Below are positions 56,171 through 64,000 of a stretch of 64,000 bases of DNA, piece by piece (positions within the stretch are counted from its first letter, which is position 1; the number at the start of each line of letters is the position of its first letter). The stretch is taken from assembly GCA_016930775.1 (NCBI GenBank), contig JAFGGB010000019.1, forward strand, positions 3,787-67,786, written 5' to 3'. Both the position numbers and the translations under genes were made by a program. The notes beneath the pieces were generated by a model, which searched no databases, was not told where the DNA came from, and saw nothing but the letters and a program-made list of their open reading frames with translations. The stretch is from Deltaproteobacteria bacterium (GTDB lineage: Bacteria > Desulfobacterota > Syntrophia > Syntrophales > UBA2210).

Positions 56171-56674
56171 ATGATCGACAGGATGGATGGATCGAAGAAA
56201 GGCGGAACATATTGCGACAGAACAGGGATTTCCTTCGATATCGTCGAGTGCCGGGAGGAATATTTTCCTCCATTGATGGATATGTATGAAACCTTTTATC
56301 CTCGACCGGCCTCTCAGGGACTGCCTCCGGTAAATGAAGAGACCTGCCTCTTGTGGGTCAAAACGCTTATAGGCCAGGGGCTGAATGTTCTGGCCCTCAG
56401 AGAAGGGAGAGTGATCGGCCATGCCGCACTGTCCCCTGAATCGAAGAGGAACGAGGCCGAATTTGTCATCTTTGTGCACCAGGACGTAAGAAGTAAAGGC
56501 ATCGGCTCGCTTATCACGGAATCGATCATTCGTCGGGCTCGTGAAGCGGGACTGGCGGCTCTATGGCTGAGCGTCGATATGCGGAATGTTAGGGCAGTTC
56601 GCCTCTACCGCAAGCATGGCTTCGCATATTGCGATGACGACCCCTCGGAACGGGTCATGAGACTGCCCCTGTGA
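56171..56674 (+). CDS. GNAT-family N-acetyltransferase
   Basis: Start at ATG 56171 (GGAGG RBS). Acetyl-CoA motif VHQDVRSKGIGSLI and NVRAVRLYRKHGF. Confidence 0.85.
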   Translation: MIDRMDGSKKGGTYCDRTGISFDIVECREEYFPPLMDMYETFYPRPASQGLPPVNEETCLLWVKTLIGQGLNVLALREGRVIGHAALSPESKRNEAEFVIFVHQDVRSKGIGSLITESIIRRAREAGLAALWLSVDMRNVRAVRLYRKHGFAYCDDDPSERVMRLPL

Positions 56675-56924
56675 CGCCCGCTCGTGCAAGGTCCGGGAGA
56701 GATTGCGGATTGACGAGGGATAGTTTGTGAAAGCCTATGCGCATCCCTATCGATGGTGCAATTGATCGAATAGTTTGCTATAGGATATATCATTGCCCGT
56801 CGCTCTCTCTGTAATGATAAGGGGACCGGCAGTTCTGGACCGGAGATGCAAGCCGGGGAATGTCGACCTGTCCCGTCCTTTATTCACAATCCGGGCGAGC
56901 AGTAAAAAATGAGGATGACGACCA

Positions 56925-57197
56925 ATGAGCGTGAAGCTGTTTTTGACGGTATTTACCACGGTTTTTCTGGCGGAGATGGCCGACAAGACGCAACTGGCTA
57001 CCTTTCTGTATGCTGCCGAAAGCGGAAATAATAAAATGACCGTATTCATCGGATCGGCGGCTGCTCTTGTATGCGCCTCGGCGCTGGCGGTTTTTCTGGG
57101 AAGCGTTCTGTCGTCATTCCTCAATGAAAAAATTATGGGCCGTGTCGCCGGCGCCGCCTTTATACTGGTGGGGATCTGGACCATTGCCCGCTCCTGA
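56925..57197 (+). CDS. Single-domain UPF0016 (GDT1/TMEM165/MneA-type) membrane protein
   Basis: 90 aa with three TM helices. The signature is E-M-A-D-K-T-Q (family motif E-x-G-D-K-T). Confidence 0.83.
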   Translation: MSVKLFLTVFTTVFLAEMADKTQLATFLYAAESGNNKMTVFIGSAAALVCASALAVFLGSVLSSFLNEKIMGRVAGAAFILVGIWTIARS

Positions 57198-57432
57198 GAT
57201 CTTTCGATTGGCAGATACAAAGAGAGTTCGTTGGCAATAATCGATCAAAGGATCCCATTGAGCAACGATCTTAGAGATTTTCAGCATGCAATGATGTGCG
57301 GCTGTGGACAGCTATGGAGACCGCACCTATTAGACCCTGACTGAAACAGGAGAGTCCCACGGAAGCGGTTCGATGGATGACCGCTTCCGTGGGACTCTTG
57401 TGCCATTGCATCGACGGGCGTGTTCGTGACTA

Positions 57433-58254
57433 TTAACGGCCCAGGCCTATTGTGGAAATGAAGCACTGGGAACTGTCGGAACCGGCGCCTCCCGACACGG
57501 GAACATCCGTTGCGACCCCTACCGTCGTTGTCTGAAGATACTGGGTGTAGGGGAAGAAGATATGGCGCCGCCCTTCGTGAAGGAAACCCACGTTGCCTAT
57601 GTCCGCCAGGGGATGTTCGAATTTTGAGAACTCCACCAGTTCGGCGAAGGTGTTCGTGCCGTTCCAATCGAACCAGAGGGTCGATTCGCAGTTATAGACC
57701 TGTTCGTAGGTCTTTCCTCCCGCTCCTCCCTGGTAATAGCCGTTCGGAGTAATGTCGAATTCCACCTGTTCGAAGACGTATTCAACAAATCCCACGCAGG
57801 TGAATTCTCCGGAAGCCGTGCCCTTCTGGTGGCGGAATTGAAAGTCGTAGCCCTTGCCCAGCTGTTCCCGGGCAATCACGATGAGTTGATCTTTCCTTTC
57901 CGGAGGCCAGACTGCGCCGCTGCCGTAGTCGACGGGAACCTTCGCGCCCATGTACTGGCACCCGCGATCAACATCGTCCGCGGTTATGAAATTGTTCGAC
58001 TCTTCCTCGACGACGCCGAAGCGGATGGCATGAATAATCCGTCCGTTGCCTATATAGAGACCCGCGTGCCCGGAACCCAGTTCACCGTTTGTCGCCTCGA
58101 TGACAGAGCAGGGAAGGATGAGCTGGTTTGTCTGACCGTATATTAGTCCCTCTTGGCTTGCATGGTATAGAATCGCCCCTCGTTCAAGGGCAAAAAGGGG
58201 CGGCGCGGCTATGAAGAGGATGCTTAAAAAAACTGCAATCAACAGGCGCTTCAT
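57433..58254 (-). CDS. Exported permuted papain-fold (YiiX/YaeF, C92-like) hydrolase
   Basis: Signal peptide. His region GSGHAGLYIGNGRIIHA precedes the Cys region GKGYDFQFRHQKGTASGEFTCVGFVEYVF (compare E. coli YiiX KPYDFSFSW..YCSEVVWKVY). ATGA overlap with the upstream gene. Confidence 0.72.
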   Translation of the reverse strand: MKRLLIAVFLSILFIAAPPLFALERGAILYHASQEGLIYGQTNQLILPCSVIEATNGELGSGHAGLYIGNGRIIHAIRFGVVEEESNNFITADDVDRGCQYMGAKVPVDYGSGAVWPPERKDQLIVIAREQLGKGYDFQFRHQKGTASGEFTCVGFVEYVFEQVEFDITPNGYYQGGAGGKTYEQVYNCESTLWFDWNGTNTFAELVEFSKFEHPLADIGNVGFLHEGRRHIFFPYTQYLQTTTVGVATDVPVSGGAGSDSSQCFISTIGLGR

Positions 58255-59009
58255 GGTGCAACTCCTTTCGCCGCAGCGCGGACCATGGGGGAGGCATCAG
58301 TAAGAGCTCCGGCAAGGGCGGACCGCGCCTCGCTGGTTATCGTTTTCTTTCCCTTCAGAAGTACGGCGGCGTTATATCGCACGACTGCCGATGAATCCCC
58401 CGCAAGAACCCCGGCAAGGATGTCCTGAGCTGCGGGACCGTCAAAGGCGCCGAGTGCACGGACAATCTCCGCCCGGACGAAGCGGTCGTCATCGGAGCGG
58501 AGCCGGTCTTTCAGCAGCCGAAAGGCTTCGGGAGTGCCGATCTCGCCGAGAGCCTGCGCCGCCTTGAAACGGATTGCGTCATCGGCCGATTCGATGGCAT
58601 CAGCGAGGAGTGGGAAGGATTCCTGCGCCTTCAGTCTTCCCATGCTGAAGATGAGTGTGTACAAAAGGTTGTTTCCTGAGGCAGGGTCCCGGTAGATCTC
58701 CTCGAAAGCCGCCAGGATCTCAGCCCTCGGCCGGGCAAGTTCCGATAGCGCCCGAACGGCCGCCGATCTGATGCCATCGTTTTCCTGCCGGTTTCGGGCG
58801 ATCCTCAGCAACGGTTCCGACGATGCATCCGTTCCCGCAGTTCCGAGCTCGGCAATTGCCCTGACGCGGACCGTTTCATCGGCGCCGCCGTTCAGCGCCC
58901 GTGAGGTCGATTCATCGATGCTGTTGGCCGAGACACTCAATGCCGTGGACAACAGGATGGCGATGCCGGCAGCGCCGGCTCTAACGATTGATGGCACTTT
59001 CACAGTCAT
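58251..59009 (-). CDS. Exported HEAT-repeat (PBS-lyase-type) protein
   Basis: 252 aa. Signal peptide (..LSVSANS). About five repeats of the type D..VR..A..ALG......A...L. ATGA overlaps at both ends. Confidence 0.8.
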   Translation of the reverse strand: MTVKVPSIVRAGAAGIAILLSTALSVSANSIDESTSRALNGGADETVRVRAIAELGTAGTDASSEPLLRIARNRQENDGIRSAAVRALSELARPRAEILAAFEEIYRDPASGNNLLYTLIFSMGRLKAQESFPLLADAIESADDAIRFKAAQALGEIGTPEAFRLLKDRLRSDDDRFVRAEIVRALGAFDGPAAQDILAGVLAGDSSAVVRYNAAVLLKGKKTITSEARSALAGALTDASPMVRAAAKGVAP

Positions 59010-61465
59010 TTTTCCTCCTTTGCTTCCGTTGCGTCCTCCGACGATCGGCCGTATTTTTTGAGGCCTTCGGCCAGTCGATGAAGGTTTCTGTCAACCAGAT
59101 AATTCACCGTTTCAACGGGGTAGATTCCGTCCGGTCCTTTCTCGCCGGCTGTTTTGCCGGAGAGTATTTCAATGCCTTGATCTATTGTTTTTACAGCGTA
59201 GAGGTGAAATTTTCCCTTCCGGATCTCTTCCACAACGTCCTTCCGGAGCATCAGATCTCTTACGTTGCTTTCAGGAATCATCACTCCCTGGGAACCGGTC
59301 AATCCAATCTGCCGGCAGCAGTCATAGAACCCCTCTATCTTCTCGTTGACTCCTCCTATGGGTTGAATCTCGCCCTTCTGATTCACCGATCCCGTTACGG
59401 CTATATCCTGCCTCAGGGGAATTCCTGCGAGGCTTGAAAGGAGAGCGTAAATCTCCGTGGAAGAGGCGCTGTCGCCATCGACGCCGCTGTATGATTGTTC
59501 AAAGGCTATGCTGGCGCTCATGGTCAACGGCATATTCTGGGCATACTTTTCTCTCAGATAGCCGCCGAGGATGAGAACGCCTTTGTTGTGGGTTTTTCCT
59601 GAAAGGTCCGCCTCGCGTTCAATATTGATGATTCCCGCCCGGCCCATGGAGGTCGTAGCAGTGATGCGGGAAGGTTTGCCAAAAGCGTAGTCCCCGAGGG
59701 AATATACGGCCAGGCCGTTAACTTGACCGACCTTGAGACCGGCCACATCAATCATCAGCGACCCTCGATTAATCATCTCCTGGATATGTTCCTCGATTTT
59801 GCTTGAGCGATAAATCCGGGCGTCGATTGCCCTGTCGATGTGTCTATCCCGGACGACATTTTCTTTTTCTTGTGTTGCAATGAAATGAGCCTCGCGGATC
59901 AAATCTGTGACGGTGGGAAAACTGGTGGAGATTTTTTCCTGTCGTCCCGCCATTCGAACGGCATGCTCCGTCAGGGCCGCAACGGCCGTCCTGTCAAAGG
60001 GGTTGAGATTATCCTCGTCAACCTTCATTTTGATGAATCGGCTGAATTGATTAACTGTTTCGTCGGTTCGGTCCATGACGGCGTCGAAGTCGGCGCGCAC
60101 CTTGAATATTTTCTTTACGTCCTCGTCGTACAAAAGGAGGAGGTGGTAGAGGTGGTCGTCCGCAATGACCACCACTTTAATGTCCATCTCAATGGGTTCT
60201 GGTTTCAGGCCGGCGGCGGTGAAGAGGTAGAAGGGATCGTATGTTTGAATTTCCATTCTTTTTGTTTTAAGAGCCCGCTTGAGGGCGGGCCAGACTCCCG
60301 GTTCAACGAGAATGTCCAAGAGATTGAGGACCAGGTAGCCGCCGTTTGCCTTTATGAGAGAGCCGGTCCTTATCTTGCTGAAGTCTGTTTTCCAGACGCC
60401 CGTGCGATCGACGACCCGTTCTATGCTTCCGAAGAGATTTCTGTAGGTGGGGTAGGATTCTACGATTACCGGTGAATGGCCTATCTCGCTGTTGTCCACG
60501 AGCAGGTTCACCTGGTAAGGCTGGAAAAGGTCGCCCTGGGGCATCATGAAGGGGAGCCCCGGAATAGCCTGCTGCTGGGGCATGAAAATCTTCATGTTAT
60601 CCGTCATATCCGCGATCATCGCCGACAAGAAAGCTCCGATTTTGTCCGATGCATATTTCACTTTCAGCGGAGAAACCACATCTTCGGCCACCTGGGCGAA
60701 ATTGAGGCGGTCCATTTTTTCGATATTTTCCTGAATCTCCTTCTGGAGATCTCTGATTTCGAACGTAATCTGGTTGATATCCTCCTTGAGCCTCGCCTGC
60801 TTCTTCTGGAGCTCTTCGAGTTCGGCCCGGGGAAAACGCCCCTTCTCGGCCATTTCCTCCAACTGTTCCAGGGAGACGGGTTTGCCGTCTACCAGGGGCA
60901 CGACATCGGGCCGCTGGAGTTGGCCGATCTGAACATCTACAAGGCCAAAGCCCTCCTCGCGAACCTTTTTGTCCAGTTCCTTGAAGAAGTTTTTGCCTTT
61001 CTTTTCATATTCCTCCATGACCTCCTTCTTGCGCAGAAGATAGTCCTGACTCTCAAAGAGTTGGGGGATCTGCTTCTTCAGATTTTCCACGATTTCATGA
61101 ACATCTTTCTTGAATTCAGAGCCGGCCCCTGCAGAGAACCGTAGAAGGATAGGGGCCTCGGGATCTTTAAAATTGCTTACGTAACAAAGATCGTCCGGCG
61201 CCTTGCCGTTTTCCCGAGCCATTTCCTCCAGTAGTTTTTTAACTGTTGCTAGCCTTCCTGAACCGGCCGTGCCGGTGACAAAGACATTGTAGCCTTCTCT
61301 TTTGATGCCCATACCGAAACGGAAGGCCTCGACGCCCCGTTTCTGGCCGATAATTTCCATGAGAGGCTCGAGGTCGTTTGTGGTTTCGAAGGGGAGTGCC
61401 GCGGGATCAAGACGCCACCTCATCTGTTCGACGGGGACCTTGAATTTTATTGTTCCTGCAGTCAT
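59006..61465 (-). CDS. Lon-like protease, LonC-type (degenerate AAA+ module with coiled-coil insertion plus Ser-Lys Lon protease domain)
   Basis: 819 aa. IGQKRGVEAFRFGMGI..GYNVFVTGTAGSGRL (Walker A Lys replaced by Arg). GGYLVLNLLDIL occupies the place of the hhhhDE Walker B. Long charged helical insertion. Protease domain with GVDGDSASS and GGVNEKIEGF. GAGGAG RBS. Confidence 0.88.
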   Translation of the reverse strand: MTAGTIKFKVPVEQMRWRLDPAALPFETTNDLEPLMEIIGQKRGVEAFRFGMGIKREGYNVFVTGTAGSGRLATVKKLLEEMARENGKAPDDLCYVSNFKDPEAPILLRFSAGAGSEFKKDVHEIVENLKKQIPQLFESQDYLLRKKEVMEEYEKKGKNFFKELDKKVREEGFGLVDVQIGQLQRPDVVPLVDGKPVSLEQLEEMAEKGRFPRAELEELQKKQARLKEDINQITFEIRDLQKEIQENIEKMDRLNFAQVAEDVVSPLKVKYASDKIGAFLSAMIADMTDNMKIFMPQQQAIPGLPFMMPQGDLFQPYQVNLLVDNSEIGHSPVIVESYPTYRNLFGSIERVVDRTGVWKTDFSKIRTGSLIKANGGYLVLNLLDILVEPGVWPALKRALKTKRMEIQTYDPFYLFTAAGLKPEPIEMDIKVVVIADDHLYHLLLLYDEDVKKIFKVRADFDAVMDRTDETVNQFSRFIKMKVDEDNLNPFDRTAVAALTEHAVRMAGRQEKISTSFPTVTDLIREAHFIATQEKENVVRDRHIDRAIDARIYRSSKIEEHIQEMINRGSLMIDVAGLKVGQVNGLAVYSLGDYAFGKPSRITATTSMGRAGIINIEREADLSGKTHNKGVLILGGYLREKYAQNMPLTMSASIAFEQSYSGVDGDSASSTEIYALLSSLAGIPLRQDIAVTGSVNQKGEIQPIGGVNEKIEGFYDCCRQIGLTGSQGVMIPESNVRDLMLRKDVVEEIRKGKFHLYAVKTIDQGIEILSGKTAGEKGPDGIYPVETVNYLVDRNLHRLAEGLKKYGRSSEDATEAKEEK

Positions 61466-61529
61466 CGGTATCTCCTCGTCCTTCTATTTGTGATATGTCG
61501 TTCCTGATCGAGTGCTGTATTTGCGGAAC

Positions 61530-61979
61530 TTAGTCTACTGTTCTAATGGGGATTTCCCTGATCTCCTCGGGACCGCATTTGGGCATGACTACCTGGAGGA
61601 GGCCGTTCTTATGAAGGGCCTCTGTCCGGCTGACATCGACCCGGCAGGGAAGCCGAAAGGTGCGGATGAATGCGCTCCGCCGCGTCTCTCTGCGCCTGAA
61701 AGAATTTTCGTCGCTGCAGAACTCAAATTTCTGCTGGCCCCTGACCGTCAAAACCTCGCCGTTGATGAAGACGTGAATATCCTCTGGGTCCACATCGGGA
61801 AGGTAGGCCCTCAGTATGAGACGGTCTTCCCGTTCGGAAAACTGAAAGGAAAGCGTTCGCCTGGCGATGGCCGGGAACAGGCATTTGTCCATGTCCGTCC
61901 TGAGCCGGGACATGAGACGCTCCATGTCCCTTTTCATTTTCGTGATCTCCTCGTCTTTCCAGATAATCAATCCCGGCAT
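61530..61979 (-). CDS. Hsp20/alpha-crystallin small heat-shock protein
   Basis: Start at ATG 61979 (AGGAGG RBS); the ORF-track start at 62093 has none. Alpha-crystallin core LILRAYLPDVDPEDIHVFINGEVLTVRG...FIRTFRLPCRVDVSRTEALHKNGLLQVVMPK. Confidence 0.87.
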   Translation of the reverse strand: MPGLIIWKDEEITKMKRDMERLMSRLRTDMDKCLFPAIARRTLSFQFSEREDRLILRAYLPDVDPEDIHVFINGEVLTVRGQQKFEFCSDENSFRRRETRRSAFIRTFRLPCRVDVSRTEALHKNGLLQVVMPKCGPEEIREIPIRTVD

Positions 61980-62041
61980 GGCTTCTCCTCCTGGCAATAA
62001 AACGGCCCGGTCGATCGGACCGCAACGCTTGCGAGTATATG

Positions 62042-62070
62042 ATATTAAGAAGCATGAAGAATAATGGCAA
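62042..62070 (-). promoter_or_regulatory. Sigma-70-type promoter of hsp20
   Basis: The minus strand reads TTGCCA-17 nt-TAATAT, ~60 nt upstream of ATG 61979. Confidence 0.5.
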
Positions 62071-62140
62071 GGAAAATATAAATCACCCTCCAAAAGAATC
62101 GAATCTTAAATATTTGAAGGAGTCTTTGCTAAGGTTGATT

Positions 62141-63220
62141 TTATTCAGGGAACAGCGGTTCGACGAGGTCGGCAATCCTGCCCGACCGGACGGCCTCAAG
62201 GAAGGCGTCGCGAAGCCGCCCCCCTTCTTCGATAACGATGGACCACAATCGGCGCCGTTCGTCGTCGCGGTCCCGAAACAGGGTAAAATCCTGCCGGTCC
62301 GGCACTCGCTTCAGAGGAAGTCTTTCAAGGAATATCCTTGAGGGCGCCGCCAGCAGGACTTGTTCCATATGCTCGCGCCGTGGTTTCCTGGCTGGGATAT
62401 TCTTGTCGAACCATCCGGGCGTTATAATGTGGGTGTAATGAGGGAACAAAACGATCGTGCCCTTCGGGGGAGAGAAGGGGAGGTCCAGATGATAATCGAT
62501 TATTCCGCCGTCGCGGTAGGTTCCTCGGGGAGCTCCATTAATGGAGGCGACGCCCGACATTATCAGAGGTATGGATCCCGAGGCCAACAGAACATCCATA
62601 AAATTCTCTTCCGTCAGAGATGAGGAAAGTGAGGGGAAGTCGGTCATGTTGAAAAAGGGCGGCAGGTCCCGGGGATCGTGGAAGAGAGCCCGATCGAAAA
62701 GAATCCTCAGGCACTTCCGGTTGATCCGGTTCATCAACGCTGCCAGAACAAGGCTTCCCGTCTGAACGATGCGATTGTCGAAGGCGGCTATTCCGCGGCA
62801 TCGCGCAGCTATGATGCTGGTCCGGAAGATAGGATGCCGGAGAATCTCCCCGGGTGCGTTTTTTTCGATGTAACCTCTCTGAATGTTAAAACTTGCGGCG
62901 GTGACTTCTTGAGGGAAGGGATGTCGATCGTATCGCTGGCCGATATAGAGTTCCCTGAATCGCCGAAGAGCCTTTCCCGGTTGCTGTTGCGCCATGGCGG
63001 CGAAGCGCCAGGCGCCGATGGAAGAGCCTATCAGAAAAAGAGGCGCGCGCCGGCCGGCGAACCACTCCGTCGCCAGCGATTCGTCAAGAGCGCTGAGCGC
63101 CAGTGCCTTCGGTCCGCCCGCCGCACCTGCCACAATAGATACGGTCGACGGTTCGAGGCCCTCCTGCCTGATAGTTCGGTAAGCCTTGGGGCCGGCGAGA
63201 AATCGTATGTTCTCAAACAT
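62141..63220 (-). CDS. Patatin-like phospholipase
   Basis: 359 aa. Oxyanion GAAGGPKA, nucleophile elbow GSSIG, and Asp motif YRDGGIIDY. Confidence 0.86.
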   Translation of the reverse strand: MFENIRFLAGPKAYRTIRQEGLEPSTVSIVAGAAGGPKALALSALDESLATEWFAGRRAPLFLIGSSIGAWRFAAMAQQQPGKALRRFRELYIGQRYDRHPFPQEVTAASFNIQRGYIEKNAPGEILRHPIFRTSIIAARCRGIAAFDNRIVQTGSLVLAALMNRINRKCLRILFDRALFHDPRDLPPFFNMTDFPSLSSSLTEENFMDVLLASGSIPLIMSGVASINGAPRGTYRDGGIIDYHLDLPFSPPKGTIVLFPHYTHIITPGWFDKNIPARKPRREHMEQVLLAAPSRIFLERLPLKRVPDRQDFTLFRDRDDERRRLWSIVIEEGGRLRDAFLEAVRSGRIADLVEPLFPE

Positions 63221-63330
63221 CGACTCGGTTCCGGTTCAATTTTCGATTTTCACGGGACCCGGCTTCGGTTGTCAAACAGAGCCTCCAGCGCCGAGGATAG
63301 TCCTTGCCGCTATAGCTGACGGAGCTTTTT

Positions 63331-63714
63331 TTATGAGCAGATGGCAATCGCTTCAATCTCCAGCGGAACCCCCTTGGGCAGACGGCTCACCTCCACGCAG
63401 GCTCTCGCCGGTCTGGAGTCTCCGAAGTATTCATCGTAAATTGCGTTGAACTCGGCAAATTTTTCCATATCCGTGAGAAAGACCGTTACCTTGACAACAT
63501 TTTCGAGAGAGCTTCCCGCCGCTATTGCTATTGCCGTGAGACTGTCGAGGACCGCCTTGACCTGCCGGTCGAAGGGACCGGCGACCAGCTCGTTCGTCGT
63601 CGGATCAAGAGGGATCTGCCCTGATATGTAGAGAGTTGATCCCGCCTTGATCGCCTGAGAGTAGGGACCTACGGGAGCGGGAGCTCGATTCGTGAAGATG
63701 ATTTTTCTGTCCAT
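63331..63714 (-). CDS. ridA: RidA/YjgF-family reactive-intermediate deaminase
   Basis: Start at ATG 63714 (GAAGGAGG RBS). [28 protein letters not shown] ... [22 protein letters not shown]. Confidence 0.92.
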   Translation of the reverse strand: MDRKIIFTNRAPAPVGPYSQAIKAGSTLYISGQIPLDPTTNELVAGPFDRQVKAVLDSLTAIAIAAGSSLENVVKVTVFLTDMEKFAEFNAIYDEYFGDSRPARACVEVSRLPKGVPLEIEAIAICS

Positions 63715-63917
63715 CGTTGCCTCCTTCAGACTGTTGCCTTGTCTCGGAATATGGTTGTATGCATCCCGCGACACTATGTCAATAGATTTGTCCGTGTCGT
63801 CGTTTCATTGAAAGCTTCCGGAAACGTTCTTGAGAACAATGATTAAAGAGTTGCAGAAGCCTCGCACCTCTGTTAAGTGTAATTTCTTCGGGCCGCTGAA
63901 TGGTTCGGCTGACAGTC

Positions 63918-64000
63918 ATGGAAAAGATTTTAACCGTAACTGAACTTACGGCAAATATTAAGGTTCTCCTTGAAACGAGTTTTGGGATTCTCTGGGTCGC
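63918..64000 (+). CDS. xseA: Exodeoxyribonuclease VII large subunit, first 27 codons (runs off window)
   Basis: My translation is MEKILTVTELTANIKVLLETSFGILWV. This matches the XseA N-terminal pattern (TVSELn..ik.lLE..f..vWV), but only 27 aa are visible. Confidence 0.65.
   Translation, partial: MEKILTVTELTANIKVLLETSFGILWV

Noticed and set aside
56817-56890. yybP-ykoY Mn riboswitch upstream of the UPF0016 gene
   Set aside because: The genomic context is right and a closing helix can be drawn. However, the conserved GGGGAGUAG and UUGACAUA / AGCAAGACC elements are absent (the sequence reads GGGGACCGGC ... GUCGACCUGUCCC). I do not call it; it needs a covariance-model scan.
61980-62041. ROSE-like RNA thermometer in the hsp20 leader
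   Set aside because: Two small hairpins exist (CGCAA-GCG-TTGCG and GGTC-CGATC-GACC). Nothing pairs with the AGGAGG Shine-Dalgarno, and there is no U(U/C)GCU anti-SD element.
1-64000. CRISPR arrays, tRNA/rRNA genes, transposases, integrases, reverse transcriptases, toxin-antitoxin pairs and prophage genes
   Set aside because: I looked for them by eye: regular repeat-spacer periodicity, GGTTCGAATCC-type T-arms, and DDE, tyrosine-recombinase or RT motifs in the ORF track. I found none, although an eye scan can miss short or degenerate elements.

Overview
This 64-kb window looks like a chromosomal segment from an anaerobe. A Desulfobacterota or Syntrophales-like origin is only an inference, from the tungsten AORs, a class II RNR, many Fe-S proteins and heavy sigma-54 use. 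I support about 48 protein genes. I found no rRNA, tRNA, CRISPR array, transposase, integrase or phage genes. All domain calls come from reading the translated ORFs against family motifs I know; no database was searched.

Content in order:
- A family III CoA-transferase lies divergent from a W-AOR / Fe-ADH / mmsB cluster. Then come uup, rnhA and nrdJ (with NrdR-like boxes).
- A second AOR lies beside an ato-like operon (CoA-transferase A/B, SDR, thiolase, MaoC). That operon has a textbook sigma-54 promoter and a divergent PAS-containing enhancer-binding protein.
- A MoxR / DUF58 / DUF4129 triad is followed by a C69 dipeptidase.
- A C4-dicarboxylate module follows: TRAP dctPQM, a malic enzyme and a DcuS/DcuR-type two-component system.
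- The accessory half (36-64 kb) holds a sigma-54-driven Cys-rich CpxP/ZraP-like protein, yihG, an orphan secreted protein, a Crp/Fnr regulator with a ferredoxin-like gene, an SPFH-zinc-ribbon pair, an MCP with a C-terminal Cache domain, an OmpA-barrel-PKD protein, asnB with a 942-aa TPR-glycosyltransferase fusion, and an hsp20 / Lon-like / HEAT / YiiX operon.

Best candidates for an undescribed system (none proven):
1. The tightly coupled hsp20, ATPase-dead Lon-like protease, exported HEAT protein and exported permuted-papain operon.
2. The OmpA-domain / 12-strand-barrel / 2xPKD protein, whose layout mimics inverse autotransporters.
3. The SPFH-triple-zinc-ribbon plus double-zinc-ribbon pair behind a sigma-54-like promoter.
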